In this document: one piece after another, positions 34,549 to 45,275 of the stretch | How the letters are laid out: each line of letters begins with the position of its first letter | Position numbering within the stretch: position 1 is the stretch's first letter | Assembly: GCA_013416795.1 (NCBI GenBank) | Contig: RQSC01001202.1 | Location: forward strand, 101,209-165,208 | Reading direction: 5' to 3' | Source of the DNA: Prasinococcaceae sp. CCMP 1430 | Lineage: Eukaryota; Plantae; Prasinodermophyta | DNA length: 64,000 bases | Notes under the pieces: generated by a model | The model's input: the letters and a program-made list of their open reading frames with translations, nothing else | Databases searched by the model: none | What the model was told of the DNA's origin: nothing | Made by a program: the position numbers and the translations under genes

Positions 34549-36344
34549 ATGAGCTTTGCCGCGGCGCTCGCTGCGGCCGAGGCCAAGGCCGCGGCCAAGC
34601 CCCCGCCCGGCCTCGCCGCTCCCGAGCCGGCGCCGGCGCAGCTCCGCTTCGGCACGCCGCCCTCAGCCGGGGGCGCCAAGAGGCGCCTTGCGGGTGAGAA
34701 CGCCGCGAACCTGGGAGGTGTGGCGGGCGACGGAGCCGAGAATACGCCCCCGCAGGCCTATTCGAGCCTCGCAGGCGACGGTGCGCCGCCTGCGACGCCC
34801 ACGCACGCTCCGCTCGAGGTCCCGCGCCGCAGCGCGACCGCCGCGTCGCCCCTCACGCCCCTGAGCGGGACGCCGGAGACGTGCACCGAGCGGCCTGCAC
34901 CGTACAAGCCACCCATCCCGACGCGGCGCTCGCTCGCAGAGAGAATGGTTGCAGACGAGGCACTCGCAGCGGCTGAGACCGAGGCAGCGCTCGCCACCTC
35001 AACCAACCTCTTCTGCGGCAACCTCGACCCCAACGTGGACGAAGAGATGCTGTGCGCGCTCTTCATGCCCTTTGGCGAGGTGCTCACCATCAAGATCTTG
35101 TGGCCACCCGCTCAGGTCGGACTGGGACTCCCTGGCATGGCGCCCCACCCCCTGAGCGCCGCGCATAACCCATATGGCGTGGTGTCAGCGCCCGCGCCGT
35201 ACCGCTCGCCCTCGAGGCGCCGCCGCAGCAACTGCGGATTCGTCAACTTCGCGCGCCGCGAGGACGCAGCGACGGCCATGGGAGCACTCGCCGGACGTTC
35301 GGTGCGCGCGCGCGCGCCCTGCACGCGCGTGGCATCTTGCGCGCACGCGCCTCGGAACCCAGACGGGTGTCGCGCTCGCCCAATGCCCGTGTCGCGCTAA
35401 CGCGGTCCCTTCGCCCGCGCGCCTCGATTTCTTCTGCATTTGCGCGGTCGTAGTTCTGCGGCCAGCGGCTGCGCATCAAATGGGCTCGCCCGCACGAAGC
35501 GCCACCGATGCCGCCACTGGAAGCTTTGCAGGTTGAAGACGCGACCGCGACCCAGCCAGCACCCACCGGGGCAGCAGGACTGGCCGTGGGCGCACAGGGC
35601 GCGGCGATGCATCTCGCAGCCATGCAGGGGGCAATTTCTGGTGCCGGGATCACGGCAGGTACGATGGACGCGCAGCCGATGATGGTTGACTTTTCCGGTG
35701 CCTTGCAAATGGGGGCGACGGTGATGCTGCCGAATGGGATCGAGGTGCCTGCCGTCTCAGCGGTGGCGCTCGAGGCGCAGCAGGCGCGGATTGCTGCAGC
35801 GCAGCACGCGCACGCGCAGATGGCCGCCGCCCATCAGCAGGCGCAGATGCAGGCAATGCACGCGTCTCCTCCCGCATTCCACACGCCCATTGTTGCGGGC
35901 GCGCCGTACAAATTGACTTCGGCCATGCTCGAGGCTGGCGGTTCTGCCATCGCCGCCGCTGCCAGGCTGCGGGAGGCGGCCAAGGCGCTTCCCCCCGCCG
36001 ATCCGCCCAACCCGAATGCGGCGTACCGCCCTCCCCATCTCCGGCGCGCCGCGAATGCGCAGGCTGCCCCCGCCGACGTGGATGGCAATGCACAGACCGA
36101 TGGGGTAGGCGGGCTGGAAGAGGGCGAGATTCCGGACGCGCCGGCTGGGGGCGTCACATCGACCACCTCCGAGTCGGATGCGCCGAGCGCGCATCGCAGT
36201 ACTGCTGTCCCTGAGAGCCCGCCGGACAGTGGCCACGTGCCCACGCAGGGGGCAGCGCTTCAAGCCGACGCTGCGAACGACTGCCCGGCGCGGGCGGGCA
36301 TGGCAACGGCGAGCGCGAGCTTTTACCGTGAGGCGCTCTCTTGA
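34549..36344 (+). CDS. RRM RNA-binding protein (RRM resembles the U2SURP/SR140 type); exons 34549-35301, 35454-36344
   Basis: TNLFCGNLDPNVDEEML..FGEVLTIKILWP..NCGFVNF..A..AL.GRS|FCGQRLRIKWA. Confidence 0.75.
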
Positions 36345-36958
36345 TCTTGGCCTCGCACTGCACAGGTTGCCTACTCCTCACCATTGACGACTCGAAGGAC
36401 GCAGAGGGCGCGCAGGCGCACACCTTTGGAGCTAACAAGTCACCGGGCGGCCGCGAGCGAGCGAGTCGGCATGTACGAAGTACTTCGGAGAACTTGCGTA
36501 AAGTACGCCACGCCGAACCTCAGGCGAAGAGGCCCCACCCAGACGGCTCGAAAGCATCAATCGCGCGCTCACTCACATCGACCGAAGGAACTCTCGGCGG
36601 GCAGCAGCAAGGCCCGAACCACACAGTCATTGTACAGATCTCCGAAGGCCAAGGTACCGACGTCGCAACAGACGCGCGCGCGCTCGAACCTATACGATAC
36701 TCCACCACACCAACGAACGGTGGGCAATGCGCAGCATCCTGATCGTACACTGCATCAATCGTAATGACGCCGCCGTGACTATTCCACGGCTTCGACAGAA
36801 GCACTGCGGGTACTGCAGGATGCAAGGGCGCCATACCTAGCTAGGTAGCTAGCTAGACCAGCCACACTGGCCGTGTCGGTGCGGCCGGGGGCATGCACCG
36901 CGGACCGAAAGCACATGAACACTTATTAGATTAATTAACACGAGGCCCCGTCTCCTCC

Positions 36959-38350
36959 CTAGGCCATGGCAGCCGCGGCCTGGGGCGCCGGTGCCCCGTC
37001 GCCCGAGGCACCCCACACGTCCGTGCGATTCATGTCCTGCAGCAGGCTGACGTGCGATCGTAGCGCGTGCCAGAGGCTGGGCTGCCTGTGGTAGGGGATG
37101 CCAAACTCCTCACACGTCTGCTCGAAGATCGGCCGCAGCTCGCCGTAGTGAGTGGGGTCGATCTGGGGGTACACATGGTGCACGACCTGCGAGTTCAGGC
37201 CGATGGAGGCCAGCGTTTGCACCACGCCGCCGTTGCCCCAGTCAAGGGAGTGGCGAACTTGCATCTCAGCCCACTCGAAACGCTCGCCCTCGGGTGGCTC
37301 CTCGAAGCACGGCGGCTGGATGTGGCTCACCTGCGAGAACACGTAGTACACCGCCCCATGTATGAAGAGCGGGAGCGTGGCGAACGCCAGCGCCTTCAAC
37401 GTCAGGCCGTGCAGAGCGAACGGCGCGACCCACAGCACCGACGCCACCAGCGCGCGCCCGAGCCACAACCTCGCCACATCTGATCGGGAGAGCGCCACCA
37501 GCGGCACGCGCCCAAGGAAGGAGCCGCGCGAGAGCATCTCAGTGGATTCGAACATGCTTGGATACACCGTCGTGAGCAGCCCCATGATCGGCAGCCACGC
37601 CTTCCACGCCCCGAAGGTGGGGCGCCAGGGCTCGGCTGCGTGGCAGCGGAAGCCGTAGAAGGCGTTGTCCGCCGCGCCTCCGCCGACTTGCAGCACGCTC
37701 GCGCCGCCTGAGCCGGTGAAGTGATCCAGGTCGGGATCCCTCTCGACGACGTTCGTGTGCGAGTGGTGACCGATGACGTGCTGGTGCAGCCACGCGGTGG
37801 GTTCCATGTGCACGCCGCCCAGCGCCGCGAGCGCTCCATTCACGCGCGGGCTGACGCTCAGCGACCAGTGCATGCCGTCGTGGAGGAGGCTTGAGGGACC
37901 CAGCCAGTAGAGCAGCGGCATGGCGAGCATTGCAGCCCAGCTGCCCGCGAGGAAGCCCGCGAGCGACGCGGCCCACGCAACGGTGGCGGCGCCGAGCCAC
38001 GCCCACTTCCACGCGGGCGCCTTGTGCGCGGTCGACACGGTGCCGCCGCGCACGCGCTCGCGCCTCGCCTGCTTGCGCTCGAAGTGGGCGCGCACCCTGC
38101 GGTTGAGCGCGTCGTGGAAGGGCGTCGACCTCCACTCCCACTCGTCCTCGTAGTCCGCGTCGCCCGGGGCGGCGTCCTCGACGTAGTACCGGTCGAGCAC
38201 CGCCTGTGCGCTGTCGGAGAGGCTGTGGTACGACCTGAAGAGCGCCGTCGCGGAGCGCCCCTGCGCGGCGAGGATGGCATCGCGCCCGCCCGGGTGGGCG
38301 TCGACGTAGTCCGTGACGTCGTAGCGCTTGTTGTCGATCGTCCACAGCAC
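36959..38350 (-). CDS. Front-end fatty acid desaturase with a fused cytochrome b5 domain (start codon not found)
   Basis: YDVT..HPGG heme motif; His boxes HDGMH, HVIGHH, QVVHH; in-frame TAA about 45 nt upstream of the GTG at 38350 with no ATG between. Confidence 0.9.
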   Translation of the reverse strand: MLWTIDNKRYDVTDYVDAHPGGRDAILAAQGRSATALFRSYHSLSDSAQAVLDRYYVEDAAPGDADYEDEWEWRSTPFHDALNRRVRAHFERKQARRERVRGGTVSTAHKAPAWKWAWLGAATVAWAASLAGFLAGSWAAMLAMPLLYWLGPSSLLHDGMHWSLSVSPRVNGALAALGGVHMEPTAWLHQHVIGHHSHTNVVERDPDLDHFTGSGGASVLQVGGGAADNAFYGFRCHAAEPWRPTFGAWKAWLPIMGLLTTVYPSMFESTEMLSRGSFLGRVPLVALSRSDVARLWLGRALVASVLWVAPFALHGLTLKALAFATLPLFIHGAVYYVFSQVSHIQPPCFEEPPEGERFEWAEMQVRHSLDWGNGGVVQTLASIGLNSQVVHHVYPQIDPTHYGELRPIFEQTCEEFGIPYHRQPSLWHALRSHVSLLQDMNRTDVWGASGDGAPAPQAAAAMA

Positions 38351-38364
38351 GCGCGCGGCCGCGG

Positions 38365-38731
38365 CCCGAATCGGATTCTGGTTCTGATTTTTGAATGATT
38401 ATTAATTTTTTTTTTGTCACGTCCACTGTGCATTGTGCGGCCTCCGGTTGGGAGTGTCCAAACACTCACGGAACACTTAGGGGGTAGAGTGAAAACACTT
38501 CAGCACTTCGAGGGTAGAGTGAAAACACTTCAGAAAAGTTTGGGTGGGAGTCAGGGGTTATTGCAACACTCAGGGGAAAAGTCAAACACTTGGGGAATGT
38601 TTTTGTTTTTGTCCGCCTTCAGATTCAAAAAAACACTCAATGAATTCCATTTTGACCTCACTCAGCGAACGCACTCCCCAATGCTGTTCATTTGAGGGTG
38701 CGGCGAGGGTGTTTTTTTTTTTTTTTTTTTA
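38365..38731. other. AT-rich block with 7 AACACT motifs, a 22-bp direct repeat, T10 and T19 tracts, and GCCGCGG on both flanks (possible non-autonomous insertion)
   Basis: AACACT at 38461, 38472, 38494, 38524, 38565, 38585, 38632; gggtagagtgaaaacacttcag at 38482 and 38512; GCCGCGG at 38358-38364 and 38732-38738. Confidence 0.5.
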
Positions 38732-39769
38732 GCCGCGGGCGCGCGCGCGCGCGCTTCCGCGGGTCAGGCCCGGATCCGACCCGGCCATCACTCCGAACGC
38801 CGCCGGGCGTCAGACGCAAACCCTAACATGCGGCGTCGCGCTCCCGTCCGGAAGTCAAAATCAAAATGTGAGAACTTCTTAGATAAAATTGAGGGTGAGG
38901 CGGAGAAAACGGAATCGAAAACGAACCACGAGTTTGGGTTGACCCTAATACGCTGCGCGCAGGCAGCCGTGCGGGAGGAGCTCGGGGCGCACGGCGCACC
39001 CCCTCGGCGGCCTCGCGGCCACAAGTTGGTTCGCGCACCGCCGCGGCGATCCGCCGGCAGGCACGCAGCAGGCGCGTGCTGGGGGGGGTCTTCGCGGCGG
39101 GACCTCCGCGCCCCGGCGCGGACCCGAAATCCGCGCGCGGGCGCGCGCAGGCCCGCCTCGTGAGCCCCGCGAGGGACCCATCCGGATCCGCACGAGGTCA
39201 AGCCATCAGTCAAGCAAGATGTCGGTCAGGTCTGCCTGCTGCGGCATGGGTTGCTCGGGGGCTGGGCTGGCTTGGCTGGCCGGGCCACACAGCAGCCGCA
39301 GGCGGTACGCCCACGAACCAAACTGGCCCCCAAAAAACACCCCACCCCACCAACCCGCAAACGAATGGCGCGCGACCCCCCCGCCCCGGGCCAGGGGCTG
39401 CGTAGTCTACCCGCGGGAAAGTAAGGCCTCGATGGGGATGCGATGCCCAGTGCGCGCGCGCGCGCGCGGGGCACGCGCCCGCGCGGTGTGGGGTCGGCTG
39501 GGCCTTTTGGGGGGTCCAGCAGGCCGGCGAGCCGGCTGCACGGGCCTGCAACGCACTCAACTCGGGCGGTGCAGTTTGCAGGCGCTGCGGGGCGGGCGGG
39601 GGCGCGGAGGCGCCACTGTGCGCGCGCCGCGCCCTGCCCGCACCTCCTCACTGGACCCCACGCCTCTCTCCCGACCGCGCGCCGGCGGGAGGGGGGGGGA
39701 GGGGGGGGGAAGGTTGGCGACTTGCTTAACCCCGTCCCGCCGTCGAGCCGCGGGGGGGGGCGCGCCGCG

Positions 39770-42592
39770 ATGGACGCGGCCGAGTATGGCGCGGTGCGCC
39801 ACAGCAAGATCCACCCGCGATTCCTCAACACCAACTCGACCAGCCACAAGTGGGCGTTCGGCGCCATCGCCGAGCTGCTCGACAACGCGGCGGACGCCTC
39901 CGCGTCCCAGGCCATCATGGAAATGCGTGTCTTCGAAGTGCCGGGAGGAAGCGACGGGAGCGGGACGGAGCCGCTCGAGGCGCTGATCATAATGGACAAC
40001 GGCACGGGGGTGGATCGCGAGCAGATGCACCGCCTGCTCAGCTTCGGCCACTCGGAGAAGGCCGCGCTGCTGCTCGCGCAACAGAACGGCGAGCGCGACG
40101 TCGCCGCCGACCACAAGCCCATCGGCCGCTACGGCAACGGCTTCAAGTCGAGCAGCATGCGACTCGGGCGCGACGCGCTCGTCCTCTCCAAGACGAAGGA
40201 GTTCTGCACCGTGGGCCTGCTGAGCCAGTCTTTCCTGGAGAGCGTGGACGCGGACGACGTGCTCGTGCCAATCGTGTCGTGGCGTCATGGCAAGGACGAG
40301 CGCGGCGAGGACACGTACGAGCTCCTGCCAGACATCAAGGATGGCGAGGCTGAGCAGTCGCTGGCGATCATCTCCAAGCACTCGATCTTTTCGAGCGCGG
40401 AAGAGATCATGGGCCAATTCATGCCCATCGGCGACACTGGCACGCTCATCATCATGACGCGCCTGCGCGGCTTCGACACGGGCGCACTGGAGCTCGACTA
40501 CCGCTCCACGCCCGAGGACATCGTCCTGCACGACCCCACGGCTGAAGACGGCGTCTTTCAGAAGGAGCGCCACAACCAGAGGGCGGGCTCGAAGATCAAG
40601 CTCGACTACTCGCTGCGAGCGTACCTGACCTACCTGTACAAAGTGCCACGCATGCAGATCTACCTGCAGGGAGCCAAAGTGAAGACGCGGCGGATGACCG
40701 GTATGCTCAGCTCGCGCCACATCGAGACATACAAGCCGAACTTCGTGGCCGAGCCGGCCACCATCCAGATAGGCTTTTCTGAGTCGCAGCACGAGTACGG
40801 CATGATGATCTACCACAGGAATCGGCTCATCAAGCCGTACGTGCGCGTGGGCATTCAGAACGACCCCGACGAGCGAGGCATGGGGGTGCTTGGCATCGTC
40901 GAAGCCGACTTCCTGCAGCCAACGCACAACAAGCAGGACTTCGACGACAGTCGCACGCACTACCGCACTCTTCTGAAGAAGTGCGCCGAGACGCTGAAGT
41001 CGTTTTGGTGGGACAACGTCGAGCGCGGGGAGGCAGAAGCCGCTGAGGAGGAGGCCGCCGGCGCCCTTTTCTCGGGGCAGCGGCGGACTCGCAAGCGCAA
41101 GGCTCCCATGATGGACCGTTGGATTCAGTGCGACTTTCCCGAGTGTCTCAAATGGCGGAAGGTGCCAGCAAACTATGACTTGGAGCCATACAAGGATGGG
41201 ACGACCCCGTGGTATTGTCAGTACCACCCTGACCCCGCGTGGGCGAATCACGATGTGCCCGAGGAGCAGGAAGTGGTCGAGCCCACGTTGGAAGAGCTCG
41301 CAGAGGCGAAGGAGCTCAAGCGCGAGTACGACGCGCAGGTGAAAGGTGCGGGTGCGCATGCCTTCGCGCTTAGGAGCATGCCCGGCAGCGGTGCGCGCGC
41401 ACGCGCACGCGCGCGCGTGTGTGCTACCGGGCCTATGCTGGACGTGCGGTCCTGCTGACCCGGTGCGGCATCGTGCTTGCCCGACACTTCTGCTACAGCA
41501 ACACGCGCCTTGAAGAGACAAAAAGATGCCGAGGAGAAGCGACGCAAGGCAGAGGAGGAGGAGCGCGCACGCAAGGAGCTCGAGAAGCAGCGCAAAGCGC
41601 TTGAGGAGACCCTCAAAGAGATTGAGGAACAGCGCGCGCGCTTAGCGGCGGAGGCGGCGGCAAGGCGGGCAGAGGAGGCGTCAAAGGCCGCTGAAGCGGA
41701 GCGCTTGGCAGAGGAAGCGGCGGCAAGGCGGGCAGAGGAGGCATTGAAGGCCACTGAAGCGCAGCGAGCGGCGAAGACCGCCGCTGCTGCGGCCGAGGCA
41801 GCTGACAAGGGCACGGGCGATGCGCGTGCTGCCGAGGCCGAGGGCAATGCCGCTGCCACTATAGAGAATGCGCCCGCTCGGGCTTCCGGGGCGTCGCCAA
41901 CGCCGTCGACGCCCTCGCCCACTTCTGCTGTTGCCTCGGAGCAGGACGGCGGCAGCGAGCAGAGCAGCATGGCCACAGAAGAGAGTGACGACCACTTCAT
42001 GGTCACGCCAGGGGCACCAGTCGCCAACGCCGATGCGCCAGTGACCGAAGGGCGGGAGGCCGAGCCTAGGGGTCAAAATATGCCGCAGACGATCAGCGCT
42101 GACCAGGCCCCCGCGGACCGTGTGGCCGGCCCTGAGGACGCAAGCGCGGGCGATAGCGAGCAGGCTCGAACAGCACAGGCTGTCGCGGTGGAGGCCGCCG
42201 TCGCTGTGGCCGCACAGGCTGCTGCAGCCAAGGTCGCTGCCGCCGTCGCTCAGGTTGCGGCCGCCAAAGTGGTCGGGTTGTCGAACGTCCCAGCGCCCGT
42301 CGTGGCTCCGATGGGCGTCCTCACCCGTGGCACGAACGGCAGCATCGCTGCTCCCAGCAGCGCGCCCGATGGCACTGTCGACGCGGACGGAGTGGGCGCA
42401 GCCTGGGCCGCCAAGCTTCGCACGGCGCTGGTAGCGCTCGCCCAGGCGACCTCGTTGGGCGACGAGCGAGTGGAGTGCGTTCGCGGCCTTTCCGATGGAC
42501 AGCTGTCGCAACTAGACATTGACAGGCTTTGCGTGGACGCGCTCGCGTATCAGCGAAGAGCAGCGACGTCGAGGGGCGCCGACGGGACGTGA
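39770..42592 (+). CDS. MORC: MORC-family GHKL ATPase with S5 fold, CW zinc finger and coiled coil; exons 39770-41345, 41499-42592
   Basis: HPRFLNTNSTSHKWAFGAIAELLDNAAD, IMDNGTG, IGRYGNGFKSSSMRLG, DYSLRAYL, GMMIYHRNRLIKPY, GVLGIVEADFLQPTHNKQDF, WIQCD..CLKWR..WYC. Confidence 0.93.
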
Positions 42593-42688
42593 TAATGACA
42601 TAATAAGTACAAGCGTGCGTGCACGCGGATGCTGTGAATGCTTGTCGCTCTCTCCTTCGCTCGAGCGCGCGCGCGTTTGCGGATGCGC

Positions 42689-43742
42689 TCACTTGCCCTT
42701 GGTGGTCGACGCACTGACGTCCAGCGCGCCCTCATCTACAGCTTTCTCCGCAACAGCTTGAGGGGCGTCGGCCTCGGCTGCTGCAGGGCGCACGGCCTGC
42801 AGGGCGTTTTTGGCCTGCGCGGTCAGAGCGCTGCCCGTGCCCACGCCACTGCCGATGGCCGCGAAGCTGTGCGTGCCCTCTCTGAGCGCTTTCCACGCTG
42901 CCTCACAAGTGTGCGGCTCCAGCTCGCACAGTGTCGCGCCCAGAGATGCGCTCGCGCCCGCCGTGAGCACCGTCCGCAGTGGGAGATAATATGCAGGCAG
43001 ATGCGGCGCTCGCCTGGTGGCGAGCGCCAGGCCCACGTCGGCGACAAACGCGCCGCAAAGTCCGCCGATGAGCAACTTGAGCGCTGCGGCGTCGTCCTCG
43101 CATGCCAGCGCTGGCCACGCAACCAAGCTCGGTGCAACTGAGTACACATAGCGCAGACTGGCATGGGCACAGCGCGCGCATGCTGGCGTCAGCGCCATGG
43201 ATGCGCGCGCGTGCGCTCGCTTGCTCACACGCGCCCTCCGGCCTGCCACTCACCCTGGCATGGCGCCACCCGCGACCGCCACACCCCAGTGAATTCCTCC
43301 GAGGAAGCTGAGGATGCATGCCCCGTACGCCTTCTGCAGCGCCACCCGCCGCGCGGCCGCCCACTCTGGAAGTGGCGGCAGCGCGGACTGCGCGCGCACG
43401 TGCACACGCGCCCGCCGCGCGGGGAGGCGGCCGCTCGCGTCAGCGCCGCGAACGCATGGCCGTGCGCTGGCGCGCTCACAGCGGCAGCGGGGCAGTGGCA
43501 GGCGGGCAATTGGAAGATGGGCTCGGTGCGCCGGAGCCCGAAGCCCGGAGCCCGCGCACGCGCACACGCACCTCCTTCAGGTCGTCTGGGTACGGAGCAA
43601 GCGCCGCGAACGGCACGAGGCCCGCCGCGCCCAGGCCCACGGCGTACATGGCGCCCGTGCCGCCCGCGCCGCGCGTGGCGAGCTCGCCCGCCGCCCTGGC
43701 GGCGATGCCTCCCACGACCGCGCGGGCGGCGGGAGCCGCCAT
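42689..43742 (-). CDS. TMEM69/DUF3429-like membrane protein; exons ~43742-43572, 43387-43254, 43157-42689
   Basis: GLGAAGLVPFAA, QKAYGACILSFLGGIHWG, YVYSVAPSLVAWPAL, YYLPLRTVLT. Confidence 0.8.
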
Positions 43743-44143
43743 CCCGTCCGCAGGCGCGCCCGCGCCGTCTGCGCGCCAGGCGCGCCAACTGTGCCCCCCA
43801 TTCCTCCCACACACCTTCCCCCCCACACCCACCCACACCGACCCACACACGCCCTGCCCCTCGCAGCGCACCAGCACGTGCGCGGCGCGCTGCGCTCCCC
43901 CGCGCCCCTCCCCCCCGGCCTCCTGCTCCTGCCCGCGCAGCGCGCGCGCCCGGGTGGTTGGTTGGTTGGCGCGCGGGGCGCCACATGCATTCTGATGTAT
44001 ACACTCCCGTGGTGTGCATACATAGCGTATTGGATTTATGGTCGTGTGCAATTCAGGACGGTGTTTTGTGCAGCGCGCATCGTCGACACTGGTCAGTTGT
44101 CACTTGACGTTGACGTGCGCCCCTGCGTTTTTTTCGTGCGTAT

Positions 44144-45097
44144 GTGCGCACCGCTCGCGGCCGACGCGAGATCCGATCCGCGACGAGCGGACGACGCGGC
44201 GCGCAGCGGCGCCACGGGACGCCCCCGCCCCCCCCAGCGGCGGGCGCGGCGGGCGCGGACCCGAGCGTCGTCGTCGTGACGGGCGCGGCAGGGCGCACGG
44301 GCCAGCTCGTCTTCGAGCAGCTTCTCGCGGATCCGCGGTACGAGCCGCGCGGCATGGTGAGCTCCGAGGCGAGCGCTGCGAAGCTGCGCAAGAAGACGGG
44401 CGCCCCCGAGTCCGCGGTCGTTGCGCTCGACGCAGTCGCTGGCGAGGGGCGCGACGACGCGCTGCGCGAGGCCTTCGCGGGCGCGGACGCTGTGGTCATG
44501 CTCGTGTCGGCCGTGCCGCAGCTCAAGAAGCGCAGCCTCCTGCCCTTCCTCGTGCGCAACAAGATACTGGGTGACAAGAAGGTGCGGCTTGGCTTCAGAT
44601 GGAAGCGAGGTCAGACGCCGCAACAGGTCGACTACGAGGCGGGCGTCGCACAGATCGACGCCGCTGCGGCTGCGGGTGTCCGCAAGCTGGTGTGGGTAGG
44701 CTCGATGGGGGGGACGCAGGAGGACAACTTTCTGAACACCATCGCAGACGGCAACATCCTCATGTGGAAGCGCAAAGCGGAGATATATCTTTCCAAGAAG
44801 GTGGAGCTCGACTGGTCGATCATCCACCCCGGCGGGCTCACCAAGGGCGAGCCTGGGGAGAGGGAAATTGTGGTGGGTGTGGACGATGAGCTTCTGAAGC
44901 GCAAGAGCCGCTCCATCCCGCGGGCGGACGTCGCGCGCGTGGTGGTTGAGTGCATCGATGCGCCGGAGGCCTCCAACAAAGCATTCGACGTGTGCACCAA
45001 CCCGCCGGAGGAAACGACAGCGCCCACTGCAGACGTTGCCGCCCTTCTCGCGGACATCGGCACATGCGACTACACCATCGCCGTGCCCGAGCTGTAG
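44144..45097 (+). CDS. NAD(P)-binding Rossmann (atypical SDR/NmrA-like) protein; true start uncertain
   Basis: VVVTGAAGRTGQLV, QVDYEAGVAQIDAA, LVWVGSMGGT, LMWKRKAEIYL, WSIIHPGGL, RSIPRADVA. Confidence 0.88.
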   Translation: MRTARGRREIRSATSGRRGAQRRHGTPPPPPAAGAAGADPSVVVVTGAAGRTGQLVFEQLLADPRYEPRGMVSSEASAAKLRKKTGAPESAVVALDAVAGEGRDDALREAFAGADAVVMLVSAVPQLKKRSLLPFLVRNKILGDKKVRLGFRWKRGQTPQQVDYEAGVAQIDAAAAAGVRKLVWVGSMGGTQEDNFLNTIADGNILMWKRKAEIYLSKKVELDWSIIHPGGLTKGEPGEREIVVGVDDELLKRKSRSIPRADVARVVVECIDAPEASNKAFDVCTNPPEETTAPTADVAALLADIGTCDYTIAVPEL

Positions 45098-45275
45098 GCG
45101 TCGGCGAGCGTCGCAACGCGTGCAAGTCGCGCACGCGGGACCGTGCCGCTGGCGCGCGCGCGGGTTTGGGTTCGTTTTAGTGTTTGCTTGAGGTTTGCGA
45201 CGCGTTACGTACGCCGCCACCGTATGGATCGTCGTATAGTTCATAGCCCCACGCCCTCCCCCGCCTCGCCTCTCC

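Noticed and set aside
38811-38960. AAACCCTAAC as a possible telomerase RNA template
   Set aside because: No recognisable pseudoknot, nearby downstream poly-T terminator or snRNA-type promoter; a telo-box is the simpler explanation
18456-42592. AGO + JmjC + ANP32 + MORC as an operon-like silencing cluster
   Set aside because: They are separated by many unrelated housekeeping genes over 24 kb; eukaryotic proximity alone is weak evidence (only the AGO-JmjC head-to-head pair was kept)
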